DNA of 39,429 bases from a virus. Taxonomy: Duplodnaviria > Heunggongvirae > Uroviricota > Caudoviricetes. The stretch lies in IMG/VR virus record IMGVR_UViG_3300047554_000375. One strand, written 5' to 3'. Below the pieces are notes generated by a model. The model worked only from the letters and a program-made list of their open reading frames with translations. It did not search any database and was not told the DNA's origin. Made by a program: the position numbers and the translations under genes. Of this stretch, positions 9,506-18,655 are shown one piece after another (position 1 is the stretch's first letter; every line of letters starts with the position of its first letter).

Positions 9506-10737
9506 ATAATGAACCTTTAACAGAAATTGAAGAATGTATTGCATGTGGCAGTAATGAGTTGACACCAGTTTTAGACTTGGGTAGTCAGCCACTGGCAAAC
9601 TCTTATAAAATAAGACCGTTTGATGATGAGCCATACTTTCCTTTAGCAATCAATCGCTGTAACCATTGTTTCCATGTTCAATTAACACATCGTGTTAATC
9701 CAGACCTGATGTTTAGAGATTATTCATATGTTTCAGGTACTGCTAAAACACAATTAGAATATTTTGATTGGTTCGCAGATTTTGCCGCTGAAAAGTATGG
9801 CACTAGACCAATCACAGTATTGGATATCGGTTGTAATGATGGTAGTCAATTGAATGCATTTCAAGATAAAGGAGCAGAAACATATGGTGTTGACCCAGCG
9901 AAAAATTTGTACCCTACTTCGTCCAGAAGGCACAAAGTTGTCTGTGGATACTTCACAGGCCAAGAATTCAAACATACCAAGTTTGATGTTATCACCTGCC
10001 AAAATGCTTTTGCACACAACTTCAATCAACTGGAATTGCTCCAAAACTGCCGTGAGGTAATGCACAACGAATCTGTTATGTTAGCCACAACATCACAATG
10101 TGATATGATTTTGAATGGCGAGTTTGACACAATTTACCATGAACACTTGTCGTTCTATAATATCAAATCAATTGATGCATTGTGTAAACGAGCAGGTTTG
10201 AATTTGATTGATGTAATCAAGTCACCAGTTCATGGCATGAGTTACATCTTTGTTATTTCTAAGAGTAGAAAAGCACCAGCAACAATCAAGAATCTAATTG
10301 ATTTGGAAACAAAATCAGGTTTGTACAATCCTTCAACATATGACAAGTATGAGGCAGATTGTTTACATAATGTCAAACGATTTGCAGATTTTATTAAAAA
10401 ATGTAAAGAGGAAGATAAGACTGTTGTTGGTTATGGCGCACCCGCTAAAGGTAATACTTTGATGAACTTTGCTGGTATTGGACCAGACTTTATCATTGAG
10501 GATAATCCATTGAAGCAAAGAAAATTTGTTCCAGGTCTTGCTATTCCAATTCACACACCAGAATTTTTAGATAACTTTAAAGATGAAGATATGGTGTTTA
10601 TTCCACTCGCATGGAACTTCTATGATGAAATTAAGAAGAAGATAATTGCCATGAGACCGAACAACAAAGATATTTTTGTTAGACACTTTCCTAAATTTGA
10701 GGTCGAAACACCTTTCGTAGAACATCATCCTGTATGA
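9493..10737 (+). CDS. NDP-hexose C-methyltransferase (zinc-binding, SAM-dependent)
   Basis: CIAC...CNHC zinc site, LDLGSQPLAN, DIGCNDG, FDTIYHEH, GYGAPAKGNT, LAWNF; GGAG RBS at 9481. Confidence 0.88.
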   Translation: MAFVNNEPLTEIEECIACGSNELTPVLDLGSQPLANSYKIRPFDDEPYFPLAINRCNHCFHVQLTHRVNPDLMFRDYSYVSGTAKTQLEYFDWFADFAAEKYGTRPITVLDIGCNDGSQLNAFQDKGAETYGVDPAKNLYPTSSRRHKVVCGYFTGQEFKHTKFDVITCQNAFAHNFNQLELLQNCREVMHNESVMLATTSQCDMILNGEFDTIYHEHLSFYNIKSIDALCKRAGLNLIDVIKSPVHGMSYIFVISKSRKAPATIKNLIDLETKSGLYNPSTYDKYEADCLHNVKRFADFIKKCKEEDKTVVGYGAPAKGNTLMNFAGIGPDFIIEDNPLKQRKFVPGLAIPIHTPEFLDNFKDEDMVFIPLAWNFYDEIKKKIIAMRPNNKDIFVRHFPKFEVETPFVEHHPV

Positions 10738-11426
10738 AAATAGGTATTGGTTTTTACGGTATCACAGAGGGTACCGATCCGAAGACCGGATATAGCCGTG
10801 ACTTCAGGCATTGTTGGGATAATATTCAACAGAATATCATTCAACCAATCATTGCAAAGGAACACGAAGTTAAAATATATGCTTCAACATATCCTTTCAA
10901 AGATGCATCAACAGAAAAAGATTTCTTTAAGTTAGTCAATCCAACAAAAGTTGTAATGTCCAACTTTGAGACTTCGGATGCATTCACTGCTAAATCAAAA
11001 CTACATGATGCATTTGAAGGTGAAGATTTGGATTTTATTATCTTCACAAGATTTGATATCCACTTTCACCAAAGCATTATGGAACTTGATGTGCATGATA
11101 GAAAGATAAACTTTCTATTTCCAGAAGGTGATGGATGGTGGGAACGAGCGATGTTTACCTGTGATTGTTTCTATGCATGGCCGCATGAGTTTAGTGACAA
11201 AGTTAAAGTTGCTATGCGTGAGACTTATGGATGGCCTAGAGGCACACAATATCCTGATACCCATGGTATGATGAATATGCTATTGAAATCTGTGTCGATG
11301 GAAAACATTCATATGATGAGCATGGAGCCACAGATAAGTAATGTGAATAAATTTTATACATTATGCAGACCGAATGTTCCAGAACATCCCTGCAAACATC
11401 CTGATGTGAGAGCAAAGTATGGCTAA
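10734..11426 (+). CDS. Hypothetical glycosyltransferase-like protein
   Basis: MKIGIGFYG start and DFIIFTRFDI motif; ATGA coupling; cluster context. Confidence 0.5.
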   Translation: MKIGIGFYGITEGTDPKTGYSRDFRHCWDNIQQNIIQPIIAKEHEVKIYASTYPFKDASTEKDFFKLVNPTKVVMSNFETSDAFTAKSKLHDAFEGEDLDFIIFTRFDIHFHQSIMELDVHDRKINFLFPEGDGWWERAMFTCDCFYAWPHEFSDKVKVAMRETYGWPRGTQYPDTHGMMNMLLKSVSMENIHMMSMEPQISNVNKFYTLCRPNVPEHPCKHPDVRAKYG

Positions 11427-12156
11427 GAATTTGATTATATGTCCTGTTGGTATGGAAATGCCACATGACCATAGATGGAAGAAGGAAGACCACTGGAGAT
11501 GGACAAACAATCCAAGATTGTATGAAACTCTATTGGTAGTTTACAATGACTTTGAACCTGAGCCTGGTTCATATGACCATATCATTCGCATGAAGGGTCA
11601 TAAATGGCAATTAGTGCAAGAGGTTGCTAAAGTTTTTCCACTTGATGATTATGACTATATCGGCTGTGTTGATGATGATTTGATAACTGGTTACCAAGAC
11701 TTTAATGCTGGACTACAGTTAGCACATGCATTCAAATTTCAATACTGGCAATTATCCATGCCACACGATTCAAGTCTAATCTATGGACCACTGTTCAACG
11801 ATCCGACTTGTGACTTTAGTGAAACAAACTTTATTGAAATGGGTTCGTGCTTCTTTACACTAGAGAAGTTTAAGTTCCTGATGGAGTTTATTGGTCATTG
11901 GGACTTGGAGATTGCTTGGGGTATTGATAAAACATTCTATGACTTGTTCCAGTGCCCAGCGAATGTTGTTCACATGGGTATGATTCACCAACCAATCCGT
12001 GATAGTTACTATGACAAGAATCGTGCTATGCAAGAGATGAACAACTATCTGTTTCATACATATCCCAAGATTCTTAAAGAACATTATGGCCGTGATTCAC
12101 ATTTTGTTGACAGACAAGATGTGCTTAGAAAATTTAAGTTGAGACAAAATGATTAA
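11419..12156 (+). CDS. DUF707-like putative glycosyltransferase
   Basis: KGHKW, YDYIGCVDDDL, TNFIEMG, AWGID motifs. Confidence 0.6.
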   Translation: MAKNLIICPVGMEMPHDHRWKKEDHWRWTNNPRLYETLLVVYNDFEPEPGSYDHIIRMKGHKWQLVQEVAKVFPLDDYDYIGCVDDDLITGYQDFNAGLQLAHAFKFQYWQLSMPHDSSLIYGPLFNDPTCDFSETNFIEMGSCFFTLEKFKFLMEFIGHWDLEIAWGIDKTFYDLFQCPANVVHMGMIHQPIRDSYYDKNRAMQEMNNYLFHTYPKILKEHYGRDSHFVDRQDVLRKFKLRQND

Positions 12157-12682
12157 ACTTGTTGTATTAGACATTGATGGTGTGTTGACTGATGGTAAAA
12201 AATACTATGACAGAGAAGGCACCGTAAGATTCAAAACATTCTGTGACAAAGACTGGACTGCTATCAAACGCTTTCGTGCTCTAGGCATTCAAGTTGTATT
12301 CTTGACTGGTGATCCATTTAATGTGGCTATCGCAGAGAATCGTAAGATTGATATCTATGTGAATCGTCAGAATGGTACACATAGTGACAAGTCTAACTAT
12401 CTGTCCATGCTATGCACCGAATACAATGTTACACCAGAAGAGATTGTTTTTGCCGGTGATGATATCTTTGATGTTCACTTGATGCAACTTGTAGGTAAAG
12501 CATATTGTCCATCTGATGCTCCAAATGTTGTTCAACAATATGCAACAATACTCGGCTTGGGTGGTGAAAATTTCGTCATGCGTATGTTTGACCATATGGA
12601 AACCATGGGTGTGATTAAGGTTGGTAACTTTGCTGACCATCTTGAAAAAGTATATGAATTAGATTTACAGGAGAAATTCTGA
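12149..12682 (+). CDS. KdsC/YrbI-like HAD phosphatase
   Basis: LVVLDIDGVLTDG, LTG, GDDIFD, CPSDA. Confidence 0.85.
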   Translation: MIKLVVLDIDGVLTDGKKYYDREGTVRFKTFCDKDWTAIKRFRALGIQVVFLTGDPFNVAIAENRKIDIYVNRQNGTHSDKSNYLSMLCTEYNVTPEEIVFAGDDIFDVHLMQLVGKAYCPSDAPNVVQQYATILGLGGENFVMRMFDHMETMGVIKVGNFADHLEKVYELDLQEKF

Positions 12683-13359
12683 TGTTTGATATTACTTTGT
12701 ATGGTCACCTGTTCAACGATACAATTATTGATGGTCAGTTGGAAACTATGGCACTTGGTGGTATCGCCAACTGCTGGAAAGCACTAAACACGATTGATTC
12801 GAATCTCAGTGTTGGTTTGTCTCCAACCGCATTAAGTGAAGCAAACATTTATATTGAACGCAAGCATTCCAAGCGTAATTCTATTCCATCATTCAATCTG
12901 GAAGTGTTTGAGCCAAGAATTAAACCATCTAAGATTTCACACATTCTTTATCTAAATGAACTGCCTAATGTGGATTTTATCGCTAGTCTTGATGGTATAA
13001 TTAGTGCTGATACATGTAAAGGTGCAGAAATTAAGAATCCAAATGTTTTACAATTCATTGATTATTTGTTTGTGTCGGATGAAGACGGACAAGACATTGA
13101 TTTTCTGCGTAAGAATACTAAAGGGTTTGTAATTTTACATTCATCCAAAGGTAGCAAAATACTTCGTAAAACTGATGTGTTTGATTTTGTTGTTCCTAAC
13201 GAATGGATTTTGAATGATGTAAATGTGTTGGGCGCAGGCGATTTTTTTGCCGCATCATTTTTATATGCTATACATAAAGGGTGGACAAAAGAGGGAGCAG
13301 TGCAAGCCGCACATTGTACCACATCTGATTTGATTAGGAAATATAATGAAGAAGTATAA
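12682..13359 (+). CDS. PfkB/ribokinase-family sugar kinase
   Basis: N-terminal GG, C-terminal VLGAGDFFAASF signature. Confidence 0.8.
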   Translation: MFDITLYGHLFNDTIIDGQLETMALGGIANCWKALNTIDSNLSVGLSPTALSEANIYIERKHSKRNSIPSFNLEVFEPRIKPSKISHILYLNELPNVDFIASLDGIISADTCKGAEIKNPNVLQFIDYLFVSDEDGQDIDFLRKNTKGFVILHSSKGSKILRKTDVFDFVVPNEWILNDVNVLGAGDFFAASFLYAIHKGWTKEGAVQAAHCTTSDLIRKYNEEV

Positions 13360-14497
13360 TTTAGTTTTGCCTATCGCAGGCAAAGCACAGAGATTTATTG
13401 ATGCTGGCTATATGATGCCAAAGCCTTTGATTCTAGCCAAGGGCAAGCATGTTATTGATTGGTCGTTAGAATCAGTTGACACCTCAGAGTGTAACTTGAT
13501 TTTCATCGTAAGACTTGACCACATCTACAATTTCAGTATCGACAAGATTCTGAAACAAAAGTTCGGTGAAGATATCACCATTATTTCCGTTGACCATGTA
13601 ACTCAAGGCGCACTTGAGACATGTTTACTTGCTGAAGGATATATTGATAATGACACACCTCTATACATTTATACTCCCGATGTTTACTTTGGGCCACAAT
13701 TTAACCCTAGTTGCGTTGGTGACGCTGATGGTTTTCTCCTAACATTCCTTGCTAACAGTCCTGACCATAGTTACACAGAGATTGATGAAAATGGTGTAGC
13801 ATCACGGGTTGTTGAGAAAGAAGTTATTAGTGAACACGCTAATGTTGGCTTGTATTACTTCAAGACTGGTAGCATGTTCCGACAATATGCACAGGAAGCC
13901 ATGGATAAGAAGTTGTTGATTAAAGGTGAATACTACATCGCACCAATCTACAATTATATGATTCGTGATGGATTGAAAGTTACCGCATGTGATACAGAAA
14001 AGATGCACATTCTTGGCACACCAGCCACATTTGAATTTTTCTGCGATAGAGTGTTGCCTAAGTTCGGACAGAAACCTATTGCACTAGCATGTGACCATTC
14101 TGGGTTTGACTTGAAAGAACAAGCACGAGAGATTCTGGATGAGTATCAGATTCCATATATTGACTGTGGTACATATGTCAACAAGCCATGTGATTACTTT
14201 GACTATGTGAGCCAGTCTGCATCATTAATTAATAATAATGATTGTGACTTTGGATTGTCATTCTGTCGTTCAGGTCAAGGTGTAAACATTTCTGGTAACA
14301 AAGCAGGTCTAATCTCTGCATTGTGCTTTGATGAATTCACCGCAGAGATGGCAGTTCGTCATAATTGTGCAAATCATTTCGCTGTTCCATCCAAGTATGT
14401 TGATAAAAATATGCTCCGTAAGATGATTCAGATTTGGTTTACCACAACATTTGATGGTGGTAGACACTTTACTAGATTGAATAAGGTGATTAAATAA
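13346..14497 (+). CDS. Sugar nucleotidyltransferase fused to RpiB/LacAB sugar-phosphate isomerase
   Basis: N-terminal PIAGKAQRF..PKPL, TQGALET; C-terminal IALACDHSG, CRSGQG, AVRHNCAN, FDGGRH. Confidence 0.88.
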   Translation: MKKYNLVLPIAGKAQRFIDAGYMMPKPLILAKGKHVIDWSLESVDTSECNLIFIVRLDHIYNFSIDKILKQKFGEDITIISVDHVTQGALETCLLAEGYIDNDTPLYIYTPDVYFGPQFNPSCVGDADGFLLTFLANSPDHSYTEIDENGVASRVVEKEVISEHANVGLYYFKTGSMFRQYAQEAMDKKLLIKGEYYIAPIYNYMIRDGLKVTACDTEKMHILGTPATFEFFCDRVLPKFGQKPIALACDHSGFDLKEQAREILDEYQIPYIDCGTYVNKPCDYFDYVSQSASLINNNDCDFGLSFCRSGQGVNISGNKAGLISALCFDEFTAEMAVRHNCANHFAVPSKYVDKNMLRKMIQIWFTTTFDGGRHFTRLNKVIK

Positions 14498-14949
14498 TGT
14501 ATATTTCACACAGAGGAAACTTAGAGGGTCGCATCGCTGAGATGGAGAACGATCCTGCTTATATTGAGAAAGCCATCGCCGCAGGTTACATGGCTGAGAT
14601 AGACTTCTGGAAAGTTGAAGATAGAATTTATCTTGGACATGATGAAGGTCAACACGACATTTCGATGGAATGGTTGAATTTCAGAAAACAACACTTATTA
14701 GTGCATTGTAAGAATCGTGAAGGATTTGACCATGCTTTGAAGTCTGGTTTACATGCATTCTGGCATACGGATGAAGATTATGTTATGACAAGTTGGGGTT
14801 ATACAGTTGGATATCCTGGTAAATTGTCTGTTGGACCAAGATTTATTCTGGCTGTGCCTGAGCGCCATTGGGGGGATAATGTCTTATATTGTAAACCATT
14901 CATTACTTTTGGTGTTTTAAGTGACTATGTGAAACTGCTAAATACATAA
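14497..14949 (+). CDS. Short glycerophosphodiester phosphodiesterase-like protein
   Basis: ISHRG, EN, AEID, LGHD, VHCKN. Confidence 0.7.
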   Translation: MYISHRGNLEGRIAEMENDPAYIEKAIAAGYMAEIDFWKVEDRIYLGHDEGQHDISMEWLNFRKQHLLVHCKNREGFDHALKSGLHAFWHTDEDYVMTSWGYTVGYPGKLSVGPRFILAVPERHWGDNVLYCKPFITFGVLSDYVKLLNT

Positions 14950-14952
14950 ATA
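14938..14952 (+). promoter_or_regulatory. Probable late promoter(s)
   Basis: CTAAATA (14938-14944) and ATAAATA (14946-14952) upstream of ATG 14988. Confidence 0.5.
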
Positions 14953-14987
14953 TTGTATTAATTAAACTTGCTGTAGAGGCGGGAAAT

Positions 14988-17537
14988 ATGGATTTTAAGC
15001 AGTTCCTAGACGAACAAAAAGAAAAACACGCAGTCCTAGCATTTGGACGAATGAACCCACCGACAACTGGTCATGCTAAGTTGGTGGATAAAGTAAAAGA
15101 AGTTGCAAAAAGCGTGGGTGGATCACATCATGTAGTTCTATCCCACAGTCAAGACGAAAAGAAGAATCCTCTATCGGCTGAGCAAAAACTTAAACATGCT
15201 CACAGATTCTTTCCTGATACCAATCTGAGCACCTCAGATAAAGAACACCCAACATTCCTACAACACGCTGCCAAGTTGCATAAGGCTGGCGCTACACACT
15301 TGCACATGGTTGCAGGTTCTGACCGTGTTGAAGAATACAAAAAGAAACTAGCACAATACAATGGCAAGCATGAAGGCGCATTGTATAACTTCAAGCATAT
15401 TACTGTTCACTCCGCTGGTGAGCGTGATCCTGATGCCGAGGGCACAGAAGGTATGTCAGCATCAAAAATGCGTGAACATGCCAAAAACAATAATCTAAAA
15501 GAATTTAAGAAGGGTGTTCCTTCACATGTATCACATACACACGCCAAAGAATTGATGGGTGATGTGCGTAAAGGCATGGCAATCAAAGAAGATTTCTCTT
15601 CAATGGTACAAAACATTCTAACTGAAGGTGTTCACGATAAAGCAATCTTTAAGGCTGTTTTCTTGTCAGGTGGACCAGGTTCAGGTAAAGATTACATCCT
15701 AGATAACACACTAGCAGGACATGGCTTGACTGAGATTAACTCAGACAAAGCATTAGAATTCTTGATGGATAAAAACAATCTAGACAAGAAAATGCCTGAG
15801 AGTGAAAAAGAAGCACGAGACTTGGTCCGTGGTAAAGCAAAAGATGTTACAGAATTGCGCCAGAAACTAGCGTTGCTTGGTCGTAATGGTCTTATCATTA
15901 ATGGTACTGGTGATGATCCAGAAAAGTATGCTAAGATTAAAAAGAACTTGGAATCTATTGGTTACGAAACTTCAATGATTGCAGTTCTAACCAAAGATGA
16001 AGTTTCTGCACAACGCAATATTGAGCGTGGTCAGCGTGGCGGTCGTACAGTACCAGAAAACATTCGTAAAGAAAAATGGGATGCAGTTTCTAATGCCCGC
16101 CCTATGATGGCAAAGTTGTTTGGTAACAACTACAAAGAAATTGATAACTCAATGGACTTGCGTGACGAATCTATTCCTCTTGAGCAGAGAGATGCTAAGA
16201 AGAAAGAAATGTTACAAGTGTTCAAGGATGTTCAAAAGTTTGTACAAGCACCACCAAAATCTGAACAAGCAAAACAATGGGTAGCCGCAGAGTTGGCTAA
16301 GAAAGATACACTTCCTATTCCTAAGAATGGCGGTGAGAAGGCTGGTCCACCAGCCAATGATGGTGCCGCTGAAGAAGCCGCAAGATTGGGCTTGACATAT
16401 TTCGGCTTCGGTCGTTATGGAAAGAATGGTAAAGTAACACATCACTCTGTTCATGGTAAATTGACCATGGATCCAACACACCAAGAACAACAAAAAGTTC
16501 AAGCGAAAGCCGCTAAGATGAAATTGTCTGCCGCAAGTGGTAGCCCAGTGGCACCAAAAAATGTTAAAGAAGATGTTGATGCAGAATTTGAAAACTTCTT
16601 ATCGGAAGCAGTATCAATTACAATCAACGCTGATACTGTTGAAGAGTTGAATCAAACTGTACAGATGTTGACTGGTAACGGTGAAAAAGAAGAAGAAGTT
16701 AAAGAAGAAACATATAAACTATCAGACACAAATGCATTTGATGCATTAACTCTTGGTACAGGTTTAGTGAAAGAATCTAAAGAAGCAGACTATGGTTTTG
16801 CATATCAATCTGCTGTTGACAGAGTTAAAGCAAAAGCAAATAAGAAACCTGTTGATATGAAATCGTTGGCTGCCAGACTTCAGGCTGCATACAAGAAAGA
16901 AAAGCCTGAGCCAGCACAAACAAAACAAGTAACGGAAAGTTACACTGGATTGAAAACAGTAACAGTAGATGATTGTGTTTATATCGCACAAGGTGATAAA
17001 CCACGCATTTACATGTTGCGTAATTCAGCCGCAAAAGATGCTCACAGAAACAACGGAGAAGTTGTCAAAGCACCTAAAGGTTACATGGTTAAATTAAAGG
17101 AGAATAAACATGCTAAAATTACTGAAGAGTTTCTTCAAACCGAAACAAGTACCGGCTCTACTACAGCCACCAGTTACACAGTCTCAGCCGGAAGTGACGG
17201 CGGAACAGTCACCATCACCGAAAGTGGAGACAACTGTAGTTGCGGAGAAACCAGCAGTGGAAGAAAAAAAATCACCATCGGTGAAATCCGCTCCAAGCAA
17301 AAAGAGAAACTACAAAAAGAAAGCATCGACAAAGGCATCGAAAGCGGAATGAGTATGTCTGCTGGTGGTGAAGGACCAAGAGACACTGGCGAAAAACTCA
17401 ACAAAAAAGGTAAAGCAACACCTGTAGCAGAAATGCAAGGTGATGAAACTACCGCTTCCATCGGTGACAAGAAAGAAGATGAATTGAAGAAAGTTGGTAT
17501 CTCACTAACATCATTCAGAAAGAAGAACTACCTATGA
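14988..17537 (+). CDS. Multidomain putative virion protein: HxGH cytidyltransferase-like domain + zeta/AAA_33-like P-loop kinase + small modules
   Basis: FGRMNPPTTGH, AGSDR, MSASKMR; GGPGSGK Walker A after ILTE; leader MDFKQFLDE. Confidence 0.8.
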   Translation: MDFKQFLDEQKEKHAVLAFGRMNPPTTGHAKLVDKVKEVAKSVGGSHHVVLSHSQDEKKNPLSAEQKLKHAHRFFPDTNLSTSDKEHPTFLQHAAKLHKAGATHLHMVAGSDRVEEYKKKLAQYNGKHEGALYNFKHITVHSAGERDPDAEGTEGMSASKMREHAKNNNLKEFKKGVPSHVSHTHAKELMGDVRKGMAIKEDFSSMVQNILTEGVHDKAIFKAVFLSGGPGSGKDYILDNTLAGHGLTEINSDKALEFLMDKNNLDKKMPESEKEARDLVRGKAKDVTELRQKLALLGRNGLIINGTGDDPEKYAKIKKNLESIGYETSMIAVLTKDEVSAQRNIERGQRGGRTVPENIRKEKWDAVSNARPMMAKLFGNNYKEIDNSMDLRDESIPLEQRDAKKKEMLQVFKDVQKFVQAPPKSEQAKQWVAAELAKKDTLPIPKNGGEKAGPPANDGAAEEAARLGLTYFGFGRYGKNGKVTHHSVHGKLTMDPTHQEQQKVQAKAAKMKLSAASGSPVAPKNVKEDVDAEFENFLSEAVSITINADTVEELNQTVQMLTGNGEKEEEVKEETYKLSDTNAFDALTLGTGLVKESKEADYGFAYQSAVDRVKAKANKKPVDMKSLAARLQAAYKKEKPEPAQTKQVTESYTGLKTVTVDDCVYIAQGDKPRIYMLRNSAAKDAHRNNGEVVKAPKGYMVKLKENKHAKITEEFLQTETSTGSTTATSYTVSAGSDGGTVTITESGDNCSCGETSSGRKKITIGEIRSKQKEKLQKESIDKGIESGMSMSAGGEGPRDTGEKLNKKGKATPVAEMQGDETTASIGDKKEDELKKVGISLTSFRKKNYL
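17110..17352 (+). CDS. Overprinted small Lys/Pro-rich protein in the +1 frame
   Basis: AAGGAG (17097-17102) 7 nt before ATG; amphipathic N-terminus and basic tail. Confidence 0.6.
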   Translation: MLKLLKSFFKPKQVPALLQPPVTQSQPEVTAEQSPSPKVETTVVAEKPAVEEKKSPSVKSAPSKKRNYKKKASTKASKAE

Positions 17538-17899
17538 AATCGTTTAAAGCATTTGTGGCAGAGGAAGGTCGTTGCTGGACTGGATATAAACCAGTTAAAG
17601 GTAAGAAACCATACTCCGATGATTCATGTGAAAAAATAAAAGAAGATTGGCAAGATGTTAATCGCAAAGATAAAACTGATGGTATGAGTCAAAAGGCTGT
17701 TAAAGCATATCGCCGAGAAAATCCAGGTTCTAAATTATCTACTGCTGTTACTGAAAAGAATCCAAAAGGTAAGAGAGCATCACGCCGTGCATCATTCTGT
17801 GCCCGTATGGGTGGCATGAAAAGAGCACATGCAAGTGCTGAAACAAAACGTGATCCAGATAGCCCAATCAACAAGGCATTACGCCGTTGGAGATGCTAA
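17534..17899 (+). CDS. Basic putative internal protein (resembles DUF6321)
   Basis: Leader MKSFKAFVAE; CWTGY module; RRASFCARM...DPDSPINKALRRWRC. Confidence 0.65.
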   Translation: MKSFKAFVAEEGRCWTGYKPVKGKKPYSDDSCEKIKEDWQDVNRKDKTDGMSQKAVKAYRRENPGSKLSTAVTEKNPKGKRASRRASFCARMGGMKRAHASAETKRDPDSPINKALRRWRC

Positions 17900-18643
17900 T
17901 TGTCTCAAACTAATAAGATAGCATATTTGGAAGATGAGAGAATAAAAATCTCTCGTGGACAAGTGAAAGGTACTATTCCTGTTCATAAGTTCGGTGCCGT
18001 ACCTGCGCTATCTACCAACACAACAGGGACAGTTTGGGATAAAAATGATACTGTATATCCATGGTCAGTTTGGGACGCAGGCGCAAACACGGTTACAGTT
18101 AGCAGTTCAAGTGCATCCGATGTGGGCAAAAGTGTTTTAGTTGTTGGTCTAGATGCCAACTATGATGTAATGCAAGAGCAAGTTTTGATTGCTACACAAA
18201 ATGGAAATGTTAGTTCAAACACTTTCATCCGTGTTCATCGTTCATACATGCAAGATGGTAGCACAAATGTAGGAACAATATCAATTAAAAATGGAGCAAC
18301 TGATGTTGCTTTAATCAATGCTGGTTTAGGTCAAACACTAATGACTGTTTACACTATACCAAGATATTACACTGGTTATTTGTATCAAGGAACATGTACA
18401 GCACAGGCTGGCGCTGATGCTACAGGAAATATGTTTGTTCGTTATGGTGGGTCAGCCGCTTTTAGAGTTGGTCACAGTTTTGAAGTTTCTGGCGCAGGCG
18501 GACAATATATCTATTCATTCTCATTTCCATCAGAAATACCAGAAAAATCTGATATTGATGTGAGACTAACAACAAGAAGTAATAATGGTCGTTATACTGC
18601 GGCATTTGATTTATTACTCGTAAGAAATCCAAACACTTATTAA
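17900..18643 (+). CDS. Beta-rich hypothetical protein, probably structural
   Basis: Long ORF with TTG start right after the upstream stop; G/S/T/V-rich; VHKFG motif. Confidence 0.6.
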   Translation: MSQTNKIAYLEDERIKISRGQVKGTIPVHKFGAVPALSTNTTGTVWDKNDTVYPWSVWDAGANTVTVSSSSASDVGKSVLVVGLDANYDVMQEQVLIATQNGNVSSNTFIRVHRSYMQDGSTNVGTISIKNGATDVALINAGLGQTLMTVYTIPRYYTGYLYQGTCTAQAGADATGNMFVRYGGSAAFRVGHSFEVSGAGGQYIYSFSFPSEIPEKSDIDVRLTTRSNNGRYTAAFDLLLVRNPNTY

Positions 18644-18655
18644 AAGGAACCAAAA

